From assembly GCF_000400465.1 (NCBI RefSeq), contig NW_008806275.1, positions 429,656 to 491,655 of the forward strand: a stretch of 62,000 nt of DNA, given 5' to 3'. The notes under the pieces were generated by a model that did no database searches, had not been told where the DNA came from, and was given only the letters and a program-made list of their open reading frames with translations. The position numbers and the translations under genes are program-made. Origin of the DNA: Wallemia ichthyophaga EXF-994. Taxonomy: Eukaryota; Fungi; Basidiomycota. This document shows positions 1 through 10,695 of the stretch, piece after piece. Position 1 is the stretch's first letter; each line of letters starts with the position of its first letter.

Positions 1-1
1 G

Positions 2-1226
2 AAAGAAGACAGCGAGGCGAGAAGCCAACGCGCTAAGGTCGCAGCAGCTGAGCAGACTAAGCGTGAGCATGAAGATGGTATTCGCAAAGAGCAAGAGCGC
101 AGACGTCGTGAAATGGAGAGTATCCGTATCGATGAAGCTAAGAAGCTTGCGCAGAACCTGGCGGAGAAGTCAGGACTTAAGGTGAACGTCAATGTGAGTT
201 AGGTGTGTTGTTTGTTAGAATAATTGCTGATTAAATGCGCAGAACCCAGAGGAGCTCGACACTGACAAGCTTGTGGCGCTTCAAGTTGAGCATCACAAGA
301 AGGAGCAGAACCAGATGTCAGAGAAGCTGCGCGTCATGTACAAGCGTATGGATCATCTTGAGAGAGCGTTCAGACGTGAGGAGAAGCCACTGCTCGTAAA
401 GGACTTTGAAGAACAGCAAAAGGCAGACAGGGAACTGTATGATGTCAAGAGCAATGAGACGAAGAAGGTCTCGAGGGAGACATTCGAACAGAACCTGGCC
501 ACCAAGAACCGTCTTCAGAGAATCCAACCTGCTTACGCTGCATTCCGAGCAGATGTCGAAACCAAGGCGGGCGAGAGGCACAAGGAGCTCGAGCGTCAAG
601 CGAACGAGGCAATTAGCGCGGAGATAGCTGAGCGTCAGGCCAAGGTAGCTGAGCAGAAGAGGCTCGCACAGGAGCACGCAGATGCTCAGCGTGCCCTAGC
701 GGAAGCCCAAGAAGCTGAGCGCGCACAAGCCGAGGAGGTTGAGCGCAAGAAGCGTGATGCTCTTATGGCAGACAAGGAGCGTAGCGAGGCCGAGGCCAAT
801 GAGCGCAGGGCTGAGCGAGACGCCGAGCGCAAGAAGACAGAGGAGATAGTCAGGAAACAAAACGAACGTGAAGAGGCAGCTCTCAAGAAACAGCGCGAAA
901 CTACCTTCCAAAAGACGGGCAGTGTGTGGGGCTCTCGCACACCAGGGTCAGAATCATCAGGCGCTTCTACGCCTTCGACTGGCGGTCCTCCTGCTGGTAG
1001 CTGGATGGCGCGCAGACGTCAGGCTGAGGCTGAAGGAAAACTCTCAAAACCTGCCTCTTCCACTCCACCACCACCACCACCAGGTAACCCTGCAGCTCGC
1101 AGCTCTCGCGCCCCTCAAGGTGCACAGGAGAAACCTAGCGCTTTCGGTAGCATGAGGAAACCCGACAGTGCTAGATCTGGCGGCGGTGCTCCCCCACCAC
1201 CTAACCCACAGAGAAGCAGGTGGTAA
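2..1226 (+). CDS. TIF32: Translation initiation factor eIF3 subunit A, C-terminal part (5' truncated by the window; intron 194-242)
   Basis: Frame is open from nt 2 to a GTGAGT donor at 194 and resumes after CGCAG at 243 (NPEELDTDKLVALQVEHHKKEQ...KRMDHLERAFRREEKPLL). This matches the eIF3a spectrin/coiled-coil region, followed by a charged and Pro/Gly-rich tail. Confidence 0.85.
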
Positions 1227-1361
1227 AGTGTGCAAGGATAGATAGACAGGGAGAATGAATTTATGTAAAAGAAGAAAAGCAAAGAATAAAATTGGACTTA
1301 TAATACATGTGGTAATAAGAGTCGTTATGTGTGGTGAGGTATATATAGTCCACTGGCTGTT

Positions 1362-1892
1362 CTAGTAGGCAACTCGCAGTGTCCTTCTCTTTCTGAGCAT
1401 AAGCTTGGGCTGGTAGCGGTTAGGAGAGCAATCGCAGGAGGAGCACAGGTTGACGTCGTTGCAGTCTGAGATCTTGGTCTTGAAGAATTCGATTCCGGAT
1501 GGCTGATTAACGATTTTGAAGACCTGATCGCCTGCGAAAGTGACTTGGCGGAGAGATGGACAAGCTTTCTGGAGTGCCATTGTTGAGTCCAGTGCAGGAT
1601 CTTCGAAAATCAGCGTGGCGAGTGTAGGGCTTAGGGTGATTGAGTTTAGGTGATTGAACCGCGGCAGCGTCTCTAGTAGAGTGTCAAGTGAAGGATCATT
1701 CTCTACGATTAGATTCTTAACCAGCGCCACCTTGTCCGATGAAAGCAGCTCTGGGCTGTAATAGCAGCTCTCAAACAGGCTGTCGGCAATGAGCTCGTTT
1801 AGCTGCGTGTTGACCAGTCGCAGTTGCTTCAGCGTAGGCTTTGTACATTCATAAATAACTTCATTTATCAATTCAATCGGTAGTTGCTTCAT
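1362..1892 (-). CDS. Hypothetical protein with N-terminal F-box-like motif
   Basis: Intronless ORF from ATG 1892. MKQLPIELINEVIYECTKPTLKQLRLVNTQLNELIADSLF fits the F-box pattern LP.E(L/I)...I....L..LRLV...(L/F). Confidence 0.6.
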   Translation of the reverse strand: MKQLPIELINEVIYECTKPTLKQLRLVNTQLNELIADSLFESCYYSPELLSSDKVALVKNLIVENDPSLDTLLETLPRFNHLNSITLSPTLATLIFEDPALDSTMALQKACPSLRQVTFAGDQVFKIVNQPSGIEFFKTKISDCNDVNLCSSCDCSPNRYQPKLMLRKRRTLRVAY

Positions 1893-1927
1893 CTGCACTT
1901 GAGCTGATGATGATGGTTCAATTAAAC

Positions 1928-3437
1928 CTAATTCTTATTCATGAAACTTCTTAACAAATCCAATGTCGTCGATGCATCTTCAAGTGAAGAGTGTGTTGCA
2001 ACCACTGTGCCACTCGATGGTGCTGCATCCTGTATGAATTTCTTCAGCACATCGGCAGCCAGGTTTCGAAGCGAGTTGCGAAAAGGCAGTCCAGCCGGAT
2101 GTGGATAGAGAATCGCAGTGTCAAGTATATTCGAATGCACTATCCGTAGTGCGTTTAGATCGTTCTCGAGTCCATGTCCCACTATGATGGTATCGCTTCC
2201 GACACCGATTTCGAACAAGACGCTACGTATTCCTACCAAATCAAACACTGCACTTTCCTCTATCTGCTTAATGGTCACACCCGAAAATCTGAAAGCGGTG
2301 TTAATTGGATGAACCTTATTTGTTGGTTGCATACCTTGTATTAGCGTCTATGATTTTGGAGTGCGGTTTAATCAGCTCGTCTAGTATCACCTCCGCGTCA
2401 GAATTCACTACTGTTAACCGCGTCAGAGACATTCCCGACGTCGTGAAACTCATTTCGCAATCCAGCGCGACGACATCAAGAGAATCGCTCCGAAGTGGTG
2501 TGCGTATGAATCCTGCTCGCTTGTTCAAACTCTCAGCATCCTTTTCCAGAAATACATGCGGGCCTGTACAGCAACCTGAACTTCCCATCTGCGTTGAGCA
2601 GCATGACATAATCCTCGACCGCCTTCCATCCACCTTTGTAGTTATAGCTTTGCCATCGTGGAACTTGCAGTCGTCCTTAAGTAGATCGCCATCCTCGACA
2701 ATGTACTTCTGGTTGCAGCGCGAGCAATCCTTCATCTGACCTACTGCACTAGGCTCACTACCACCGAGTGTATTTGGTATATCGACCACATAGCCGTATT
2801 CCTGGAGCTGCGCAGGTGTTGGTATATACTTTTTCAAGTTACTTCTTGTCAGAGTCGTTGATTGGCTCCGCTCGGCTTCTTCCAACCTTTTCCTTATCGT
2901 GTTCTCGGTACCAATCACCGGGGAAGTGCTGTCTGTAATTGGAGCTCTGCGTTTTAATTTTATAAGGGTATTTGCTGTCGCTGATTTGTAGGTATTCGTC
3001 TGTGTCGACTCGTATATCTCTGTTTCCTGCTCTCTGGCATCCCTGAAAGCACATGTCTTTCTATCGTCAAGCTTTGCGTACATCTTGTAAAACTGCTCAT
3101 ACAGCGCAGACAAGCTACGCTGGCGATCGCCTACTGGTATCTTGGAATGAGCAGCCGATGCGTGTATTCTCGGCGTGCCGTCTGAGAGTGTTTGCGGGAG
3201 AGATGGTTCCGATTTAATCACTCTCTTCTTCGGAGCCGGCTGAGGAACGGGATCGCTCGGTCGCTTCGGTGGCTTCTTCGGTGCTAGCGCGGTTGGTAAC
3301 GCGGTTTGTGGTTTCGAAGATGGCTTTGGTGGTGGTGGACGCTGTACGATAGAATGGCTAAATACACAAACGCCGTTATTGCACGTGGATTTCTTGTTGC
3401 ACTCTAAATTTTGTAGCAGGCCTAGGACAGGGAACAT
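1928..3437 (-). CDS. REX3: DEDDh RNA exonuclease REX3/REXO1-like (intron 2289-2334)
   Basis: N-terminal MFPVLGLLQNLEC...C..GVCVFSH and C-x2-C/C-x2-H motifs. Exonuclease motifs VALDCEM, TRFSG (joined across a 46-nt GTATGC..CAG intron), IVGHGLENDLNAL and HSSLEDA. Confidence 0.9.
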
Positions 3438-3467
3438 CACCGTCGTGGACCTACCAAGAGGACAGCC

Positions 3468-6131
3468 ATGACGAATTTGTTTGAGCTGCCTGAGCAACTG
3501 AAGGTTATTCCAGATGGCAGCGATATCGTGAACAGTGTCAAGAGAGACGTACAGCCCGGCACGCCAATCGTTATCGACAACGGTCAGTTATCACTTGCCG
3601 ACGTTGGTGATTGACGCTGATTGGCCACAGGCACTACACAGCTCAGAGCAGGCTTCGCGGATCAAGACAATCCCAGTATTATCGCTAGGAATGAAGGTTC
3701 GCGCTATAAAGAACGCAGGACAAATCGCAATATGATGATCTATGGCGACGCGTTGGAGCTCGACAGCGCGAGTAAAACTCAATCAAAGATTCCACACGAA
3801 TCTGGGATAGTTACTTCGTGGGATATGATGGTCGGTCTGGTTTCTTGCGCCAGACTTTAGTTAGAGTTGACGTATCTCAGGAACATGGACTCGATTGGAC
3901 ATTCCTTAGATTGGGATTGGAGACTACACCACCTCCAATCGTCATGTCTGAACCTTTATGCAATCTCCCTTACCCTCGTTCGCGTCAGTAATCAGCCATG
4001 ACGCACTGCACACGCTGACAATGGTATTCAGAGATGTCGGAGCTTCTTTTCGAAGCATACTCAACACCAAAAGTCTCTTATGGTGTAGACAGTCTCTATT
4101 CCTTCTACAATTCGTATCATATGTCAGATGGACTGATCATTAATACATCCTCAAACACTACCTCAGTTGTTCCTGTGTTGGATGGCAAGGGTATCTTCTC
4201 TGCTTGCAAGAGAGTGTCTTGGGGTGGTATGCAAGCTTCTGATTTGTTATTGCGGATGATTCAGTTGAAATATCCCGCGTTCCCGACAAAAGTTTCATCA
4301 ATACAAGCCAGTGTGAGTGTCTTTGTCTTTCAGGAGGCTCACCCAATAATAGCAAAAAGCACATTCTCGAAAATTATGGAACTTACGCTAATGATTATAG
4401 CGATTTCATCAAGGGAATGGAAGATCCTGATCAATTAAAAAAATCAGACTACGTCATACAATTCCCTTATGTTGCACCTGTTAGTTTGACTGCTTTGACT
4501 ATCAATCACTCACAATTTTCCAGGTTTTTGATGGGAAATCCGCAGAAGAACTTGAACGCCAAGCCGAGAAAAAGCGTGAAGCTGGTAGGAGACTTCAAGA
4601 ACAAGCGGCTAAGACGCGATCTGAGAAGGTATACGAGCTGTTTAATGTTTGGAAAGACGGCTGACAAAGATTTTTATAGTTGGTCAACAAAGAAGCTGAG
4701 ATCAAGTGGATGGAACAGCTCCGCGAGACAAAAGCAAAAGAACCTGCTAATGTTTACCTCCGTAAGCTGCAAGAAGAAGGGTTTGATGACGAAAAAGATC
4801 TAGAGGATCTTTACAAACGTACCGTTAAGACTCTGCAGCAAGGAAGAGATCGTGAACTTGGTATTGAAGAACCGACTGAAAAGGTGGGTAAAGTAGCTAT
4901 CTCAATTCTTTTCTAATGTCGTTCACCAAAGGAAACGCCCAAATTTACACTTGTAGACATTCCTGATGCGCAATTGAATGAGGAAGAACTGAAAGAGAAA
5001 AAAAAGCAGAGGTTGCTGAAGGCCGGCTACGATGCTCGTATGCGCGCCAAAGAAGAGAAAGAGGCTGAAGCCAAGAAATTGGAAGATAAAGCGAGGATGG
5101 ATGCTTATGAGAAGGAGCATCACTTTGACCGGTGGTTACAGAAATTGCGTGATGACTACAATGTGAGTATTAAGTCACTACGCTATACGTTATTCACCAA
5201 TCAATCTAGAACGCCCTCGCTCGTCAAAAAGAAAAAGAGAGAATGAAGTACGCACTGGCTGACAGAAAGTCAGCTGCTGCGCAGAACCGTATGCGCAACA
5301 TTGCAGACTTAGCTCACGAAGGCAAGACAGAGGCAGCAAGCAAAGGACTGAAACGTGGTCGCAAAAAGAAAGAAGAAAAGGAAGTAGATGACGACAGGTT
5401 CGGCGAGAATGATTCAGATTGGAAAATATACAAAGATATAAAAAACGAGAACGACAGTGAAGACGAAGAAGATGAGGCTCTGCAGCTCGATGAACTGGAA
5501 GCAAGGTTATTAGAGAATGATGTGGACTTTACAGCGGAGCATACTCGTCTAAGCAAACTAAAGGCGCAGCGTCGACTGCTCAATACGTTCTACTATGGTG
5601 GTGAAGATCCGTATGAAGACGACAGGGGTGATGCCGACCAAACTGAGACTCCAGAGCAGGTCAAGCAATCTCACCAGCTTCATCTCAATATTGAGAGATA
5701 TCGCGTACCTGAAGTACTCTTCCAGCCTAGCATTGCGGGATCTGATAAGGCTGGTCTAGTCGAGATGGTGAATCATGTACTCAAGTCGTTCAGCTTCCAA
5801 GAAAAGAGTAGACTACTGGGCGTAAGTGGTTTTTCTTATAGGTCGGCCATAGTCTAACGTCCCTAAGAATATTCATTTGACTGGTGGATTCGCAGGTATA
5901 TCGAACTTCGATAACAAGGTCTACAACTCCCTCAAACCCATTGTGCCTGTTGGGAGTGCTTTCAAGGTGACGCGCACGCCTGATCCACGCTTTGACGCTT
6001 GGAGGGGCATGGCGAAGTGGGCGCGTACGTCGGACGGCGTGGAAGGTTGGGTGACTAAGGAGATGTGGGATGAAGAAGGCCCTGATAGGCTTGAAGCTAG
6101 AGGTGCTTATAGACACGCTTTGACTTGGTAA
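3468..6131 (+). CDS. ARP5: Actin-related protein 5 (INO80 complex), multi-exon
   Basis: ATG 3468 leads into PIVIDNG|TTQLRAGF, then MSELLFEAYSTPKVSYGVDSL, a long charged insertion, QLHLNIERYRVPEVLFQPS, MTGGFAGISNF and DPRFDAWRGMAKWA. Several ~46-50 nt introns. Confidence 0.9.
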
Positions 6132-6505
6132 TCTTGTTTGAACTTATTTATATTATACCACGGCAGCGACGCCATTGGATCAACTGTATCAAGTTGTTTC
6201 ATCTTTGTTCTTCTACTGAATCAAAAATCCGACAGATATGTCGACATTAATATAACTATTGGGGTACTCGGAGTAACTGCCATTGGTAATGTGTGAATCA
6301 TGCAGGCGCCTGCACAGCCACAAAAACTGATGATACCCAGAAGTACGGTAAGTATAAAAATCACGCAGAAATTTGCCTCTGTAGTTGCCGCGGGAGTGTC
6401 TTCTCGTGAATCAATTGTAATGACGTATTGCAATCGTCGGGTTATATTGGATACGTTTCCAAGTTGACATCCATTTCTTATCATTCACCGCGAGTAAAGA
6501 AGGAA

Positions 6506-7839
6506 ATGTTAGCACACAAATCGCTGCAACCAATGAGGATAGCTCGCATGAGCGTCCCATTGAGGAGCTTATCAGTCACGCCACTGCGATTCGCCAACAA
6601 TACCACTCAGGGCTATCCAGAGTCTGGTACACCTTCGAAGAAAGATGTTCAGCTTGAGAAGGACCAAGGGCTCAAGGATCTCTCCAAGAAGAGTGCAGTG
6701 GGCACGCAAGAAGGTGTTCACTTCCAAATGACGCCACCATTCCAACAGAAAGGAGCAGGAGCCGGTTTGGAAGTGAACAATAAGCCCCTTGGAGATTACC
6801 TTCTCACACATCCCGTTTACACCAACGAGGAACTTGAAAGCGTGAAAGTTTTAGAATTTACCAAAAAAACATTTAGCGATAAATGCGCGAATGCACTGGT
6901 GAAGCTGATGAGAACTTCATTTGACCTTGTTACAGGATACAAGCACAAGGAAGTAACGCCTGAAGTCAAAGACAAGCCGTTGGATTGGCTGATCAGCAAG
7001 GGCTATGTGCTGAGTGAAAAGCAATGGTTGAGAAGGTTTATCTTCCTTGAATCAGTGGCTGGATGTCCTGGTTTTGTTGCTTAAGTCTCTTTGTTCTATT
7101 TACCTCTCTGACTGTCATTAGGTCGCCGCGATGGTTCGCCACTTGCGCAGCCTTCGTCGGATGAACAGAGACGGGGGGTATATCAACATGCTCCTCGCAG
7201 AAGCCGAGAACGAGAGAATGCATCTCATGTCATTTCTCGCCGTCGAGAAGCCAAGTGTTTCTATGAGAGCTATGGTTTTGGCTGCTCAAGGTGTATTTTT
7301 CAACGCCTTCTTCTTAGGGTATCTCATAAATCCAAAGATCTGTCACCGCTTTACTGCTGTCCTTGAAGAGGAAGCTGTCGTTACTTACACACGTGCCATT
7401 GAAGGTGAGACAATGCCATCCGTGCAATTTTGGATAACAAACATTGACGTCATTCAGAAATTCAAAATGGCTATGTGCCAGGATGGACCAACAAGAAGAT
7501 TCCTCAAATCGCACGTGGCTATTGGCAACTACCAGAGTCAGCAACCATGCTCGATCTCTGCCATGTTGTTCGCGCAGACGAAAGTAACCACCGGTTTACC
7601 AACCACACGCTATCAGAACTTGACCTCGATAAGCACCTCAACCCGCTTTCTTTACAGGAACCAGACGCTGTGACTCGTGGAACGTGGGTTGAGATTGATT
7701 GATCAATCTAAAACTAACACAATTTATCAGCAAGCTTGGTTTCACCCGTGAAGAGAGTGCTGCATGGCTAGCTGAGACAAGCAGCGCTATCCAGAAGAAG
7801 AAGGATGAGGGCTCCTACGTTAGACCACATTCTCATTAG
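6506..7839 (+). CDS. AOX1: Mitochondrial alternative oxidase (introns ~7076-7121, within ~7411-7460, and 7684-7730)
   Basis: Mitochondrial-type presequence and di-iron motifs FLESVAGCPGFVAAMVRHL, LAEAENERMHL, LEEEAVVTYT and VRADESNHRFTNH. The last exon, KLGFTREESAAW...HSH*, lies outside the ORF track. Confidence 0.93.
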
Positions 7840-8064
7840 CTAGACATTGTCAGCATTTTCTCCTCTCAGTCAAAGCATAACGCAATCAGCACTGTATTCA
7901 CTCTTCATTGATCTAACAGATAATTTCCCATACCGTTACAAAATCAATATGAGTAGACAGATTCATATCAACTAGCGTGTGTGATGAGTAAAAGCATGAC
8001 AAAAATAAGATAGCGAGGAATAGCGATACTGAAGCGTTATGAATATAACCTAGTCTCGTTGTGT

Positions 8065-10107
8065 CTACCTATCCAGTGTCGCATCATAGCCGAGCTCCTG
8101 GTAGACTTGCTCCATCATTTCCTTATCTTGAAGAGAATTGTTCCCTCCTGGGAAAGCCTTGTCCATCTCTTCCAAAGTAAGACCCTTTGTTTCAGGAAGT
8201 ACGAAAATAGAGAATACTAAAGCTAGGGCTGCCCAAGCTTTAGAGAAGTATAAGTGCATGAGCTAAAATTTTCATGTGACTCACCACCAAAAAAGTAAAA
8301 TGTACCATAAGATGTCATGTCTTCCATCATAGAAGGCGTAGCCAGACCAATAACCATATTCGAGGCCCAAGTAACGGCAGTGGTTATTGATACACCCGTA
8401 CTCCTCAAGCTTAATGGAAAAATTTCACTAGGTAAGAGCCATCCTATAGGGGAGAAGGAAATTGCGTTGAATACACAAAACAGAAATATAAAAACGACTG
8501 CAGCATATCCGACATCTTGGGGTAGTTGTTCGTTGTAACTAGCCAAAAGACTTGCAACGATCAAATGACAAACGAGGCATCCAGATGCACCAATAATGAG
8601 CAATGGTTTGCGTCCTACCTTGTCCACAATTAGTACTATTGGGATAGTTGCAACAAAATTGACAATTCCATACACCCCGGTGCCGATCATTGTGGAGGAA
8701 GTGCCCTGAATCCCAGCTTGTCCAAGAATCGTTGGACTGTAATAGATCATTGCGTTACCGCCCAAGTACTGTTGAAGCTGGTTTATGTTTGTTAGCCATT
8801 ACTAGCTTATGATTATAACTAACAAACATAGTCAGAGCTCCACAAAGTAGTCTCTTACGGTTCCCAGCTCGGAACAGAGCTTTATATGGCTCTGAAAACT
8901 TTGATATGGCACCTTTGTGAGGATACTGCTCTTTGACGCGCGCTTCAAATATGACCTCAGCTTTAACATCAGTCAGCTCTGCATTCAAGACCTGATCTTG
9001 CGCGTCTCTTCTGCGTAACTTGGCCAGAGTAGCACGCGCCTCATCCTCTTTTCCAATTGAAAGTAAGAATCGCGGCGACCTGGGCATGAAGAATAAAGCT
9101 ACCCAAAGGACCAGGGCAGGTAGAATTTGAATTGCGAATGGTATGATCCAGGAAGCATCAGATTGCCTACATATGCCATCGGATGGTAAATCGTGTTTCG
9201 GATCGAACGATGGAGCTTTCTGACCGGCGTTTGGTTCGCCAGTGTACTGCCCCTTAGATCCAAGCTCCGGATTGCAATATTTACTTCCAATGAATGAGGT
9301 ACCATACGTTATCCAATAGCTTTCTAGAGTGAGCAATTTCGACACGTTTTATGTTTAAACAAGTGCGACTCACGAGACCATAATACCGAATGTTATAGAT
9401 AACTGCTGTACACACACTAACGATCCTCTAAGGTTAGTGGGAGTGCATTCGGAAATGTACATTGGTATACACTCGGTCAGTGCTCCGACAGCTAATCCGG
9501 CTACAACTCTACCGCCGTATAACCAAGCTATTGATTGAGCAGCTGTTTGTATTGTCGCACCTAGAACAAAGATACAGAGCGAAAGTGATATAAACCACTT
9601 CCTCCCAAGATGCTTGTTGTCCGCGGCTGGTCCACCGATCAGAGCACCAAAAATGGCAGCAATCAGAAGTGAAGCAACAAAGATACCCTTTTTATCTGCA
9701 TCTAAAACGTCTCTGAAATCGTTTTTGAAGCTTTCGAGAGCTAGAACGTTGGAAACTGTGATTGTCTTAGCTGAGACAATAAAATTCAAACACAACCGCA
9801 CCGACACCCTGTAGAAGCGTAAGTAATTTCATTAGCCTCGTAATTTTAAGCTTACCTGGTCATAGCCAAAGATCATTCCACCCAGTGTAGCTGTAAATGA
9901 AACAAATGTACTGGGCGGGCATTAGCAACAATGTGCATTTGCGCAGACTAGTACTCACACGTATGGATTTTCAAACATACCTCTAATTGAGCTTTTACCT
10001 TTAGCAACATCTATATTTTTTGCTTGTTCTTGCTCAGCCTCGACTATATAGTCCTCATGCTGCGTCTCGGATGTTCCTTTTTCTTTTTCTTTTTCGAAAA
10101 TGTTCAT
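8065..10107 (-). CDS. MFS sugar porter (hexose/pentose/quinate-type transporter), multi-exon
   Basis: ATLGGMIFGYDQG, LGRKW..., GRVVAGLAVG, PMYISECTPTNLRG, MPRSPRFL, QQY LGGNAMIYYSP, DKVGRKPLL, WLLPSEIFPLSLR and LPETKGLTLEEMD are sugar-porter signatures. Confidence 0.93.
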
Positions 10108-10695
10108 AGTAAGGTATGTAGTGGCTGTAGGGTAAAATGTGGTCTTATTTAATATGTTCTACTCAATTATGCCTCAACGAAAACATGATCAATGCACGTG
10201 ACAGCTGACGAACGATACACGTCACCTGAATACAATCTAATACTGATCAGTATAGCAATCAATAGTCTATGACAATGGAAGTTATCTCAGATGTTCGATT
10301 AAAGCAGCTCCGACACCGATGTGAATATGAAAAGTGAAAATTATCCGGCCCGAATCACTGAGAAGTCATCTTTTCGGACCTGAATGCGGAAATGAAAAGT
10401 TATTTTTCTAAGAATTAGGGGGGTTTCAGTTAAGCTACAAGGATATTTCAGGCTTAAATGCGTTTCAATCGAACAATAATTCCGAGACTGCGGAAATACT
10501 CCTGGGCATCTTGAATTAGCCCGAAAAGCCAAACAACACTTGATAATTATTTACTGGTTACAACTACGTGCATAATATCACGATTTAAATTAACTTGAGA
10601 TTTATTATATATGTATCGTCAACGTTTATAGCAGCCTACTCGGAATTTTCAAAATGTAATTCATGTATTAAGAGCAATAATTTAATCTTTCTTTT

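Noticed and set aside
10108-10695. CGG-containing motifs (CGGAAAT x2) and CACGTG upstream of the sugar transporter
   Set aside because: The motifs are short and no convincing spaced pair matches a named factor, so they cannot be told from background.
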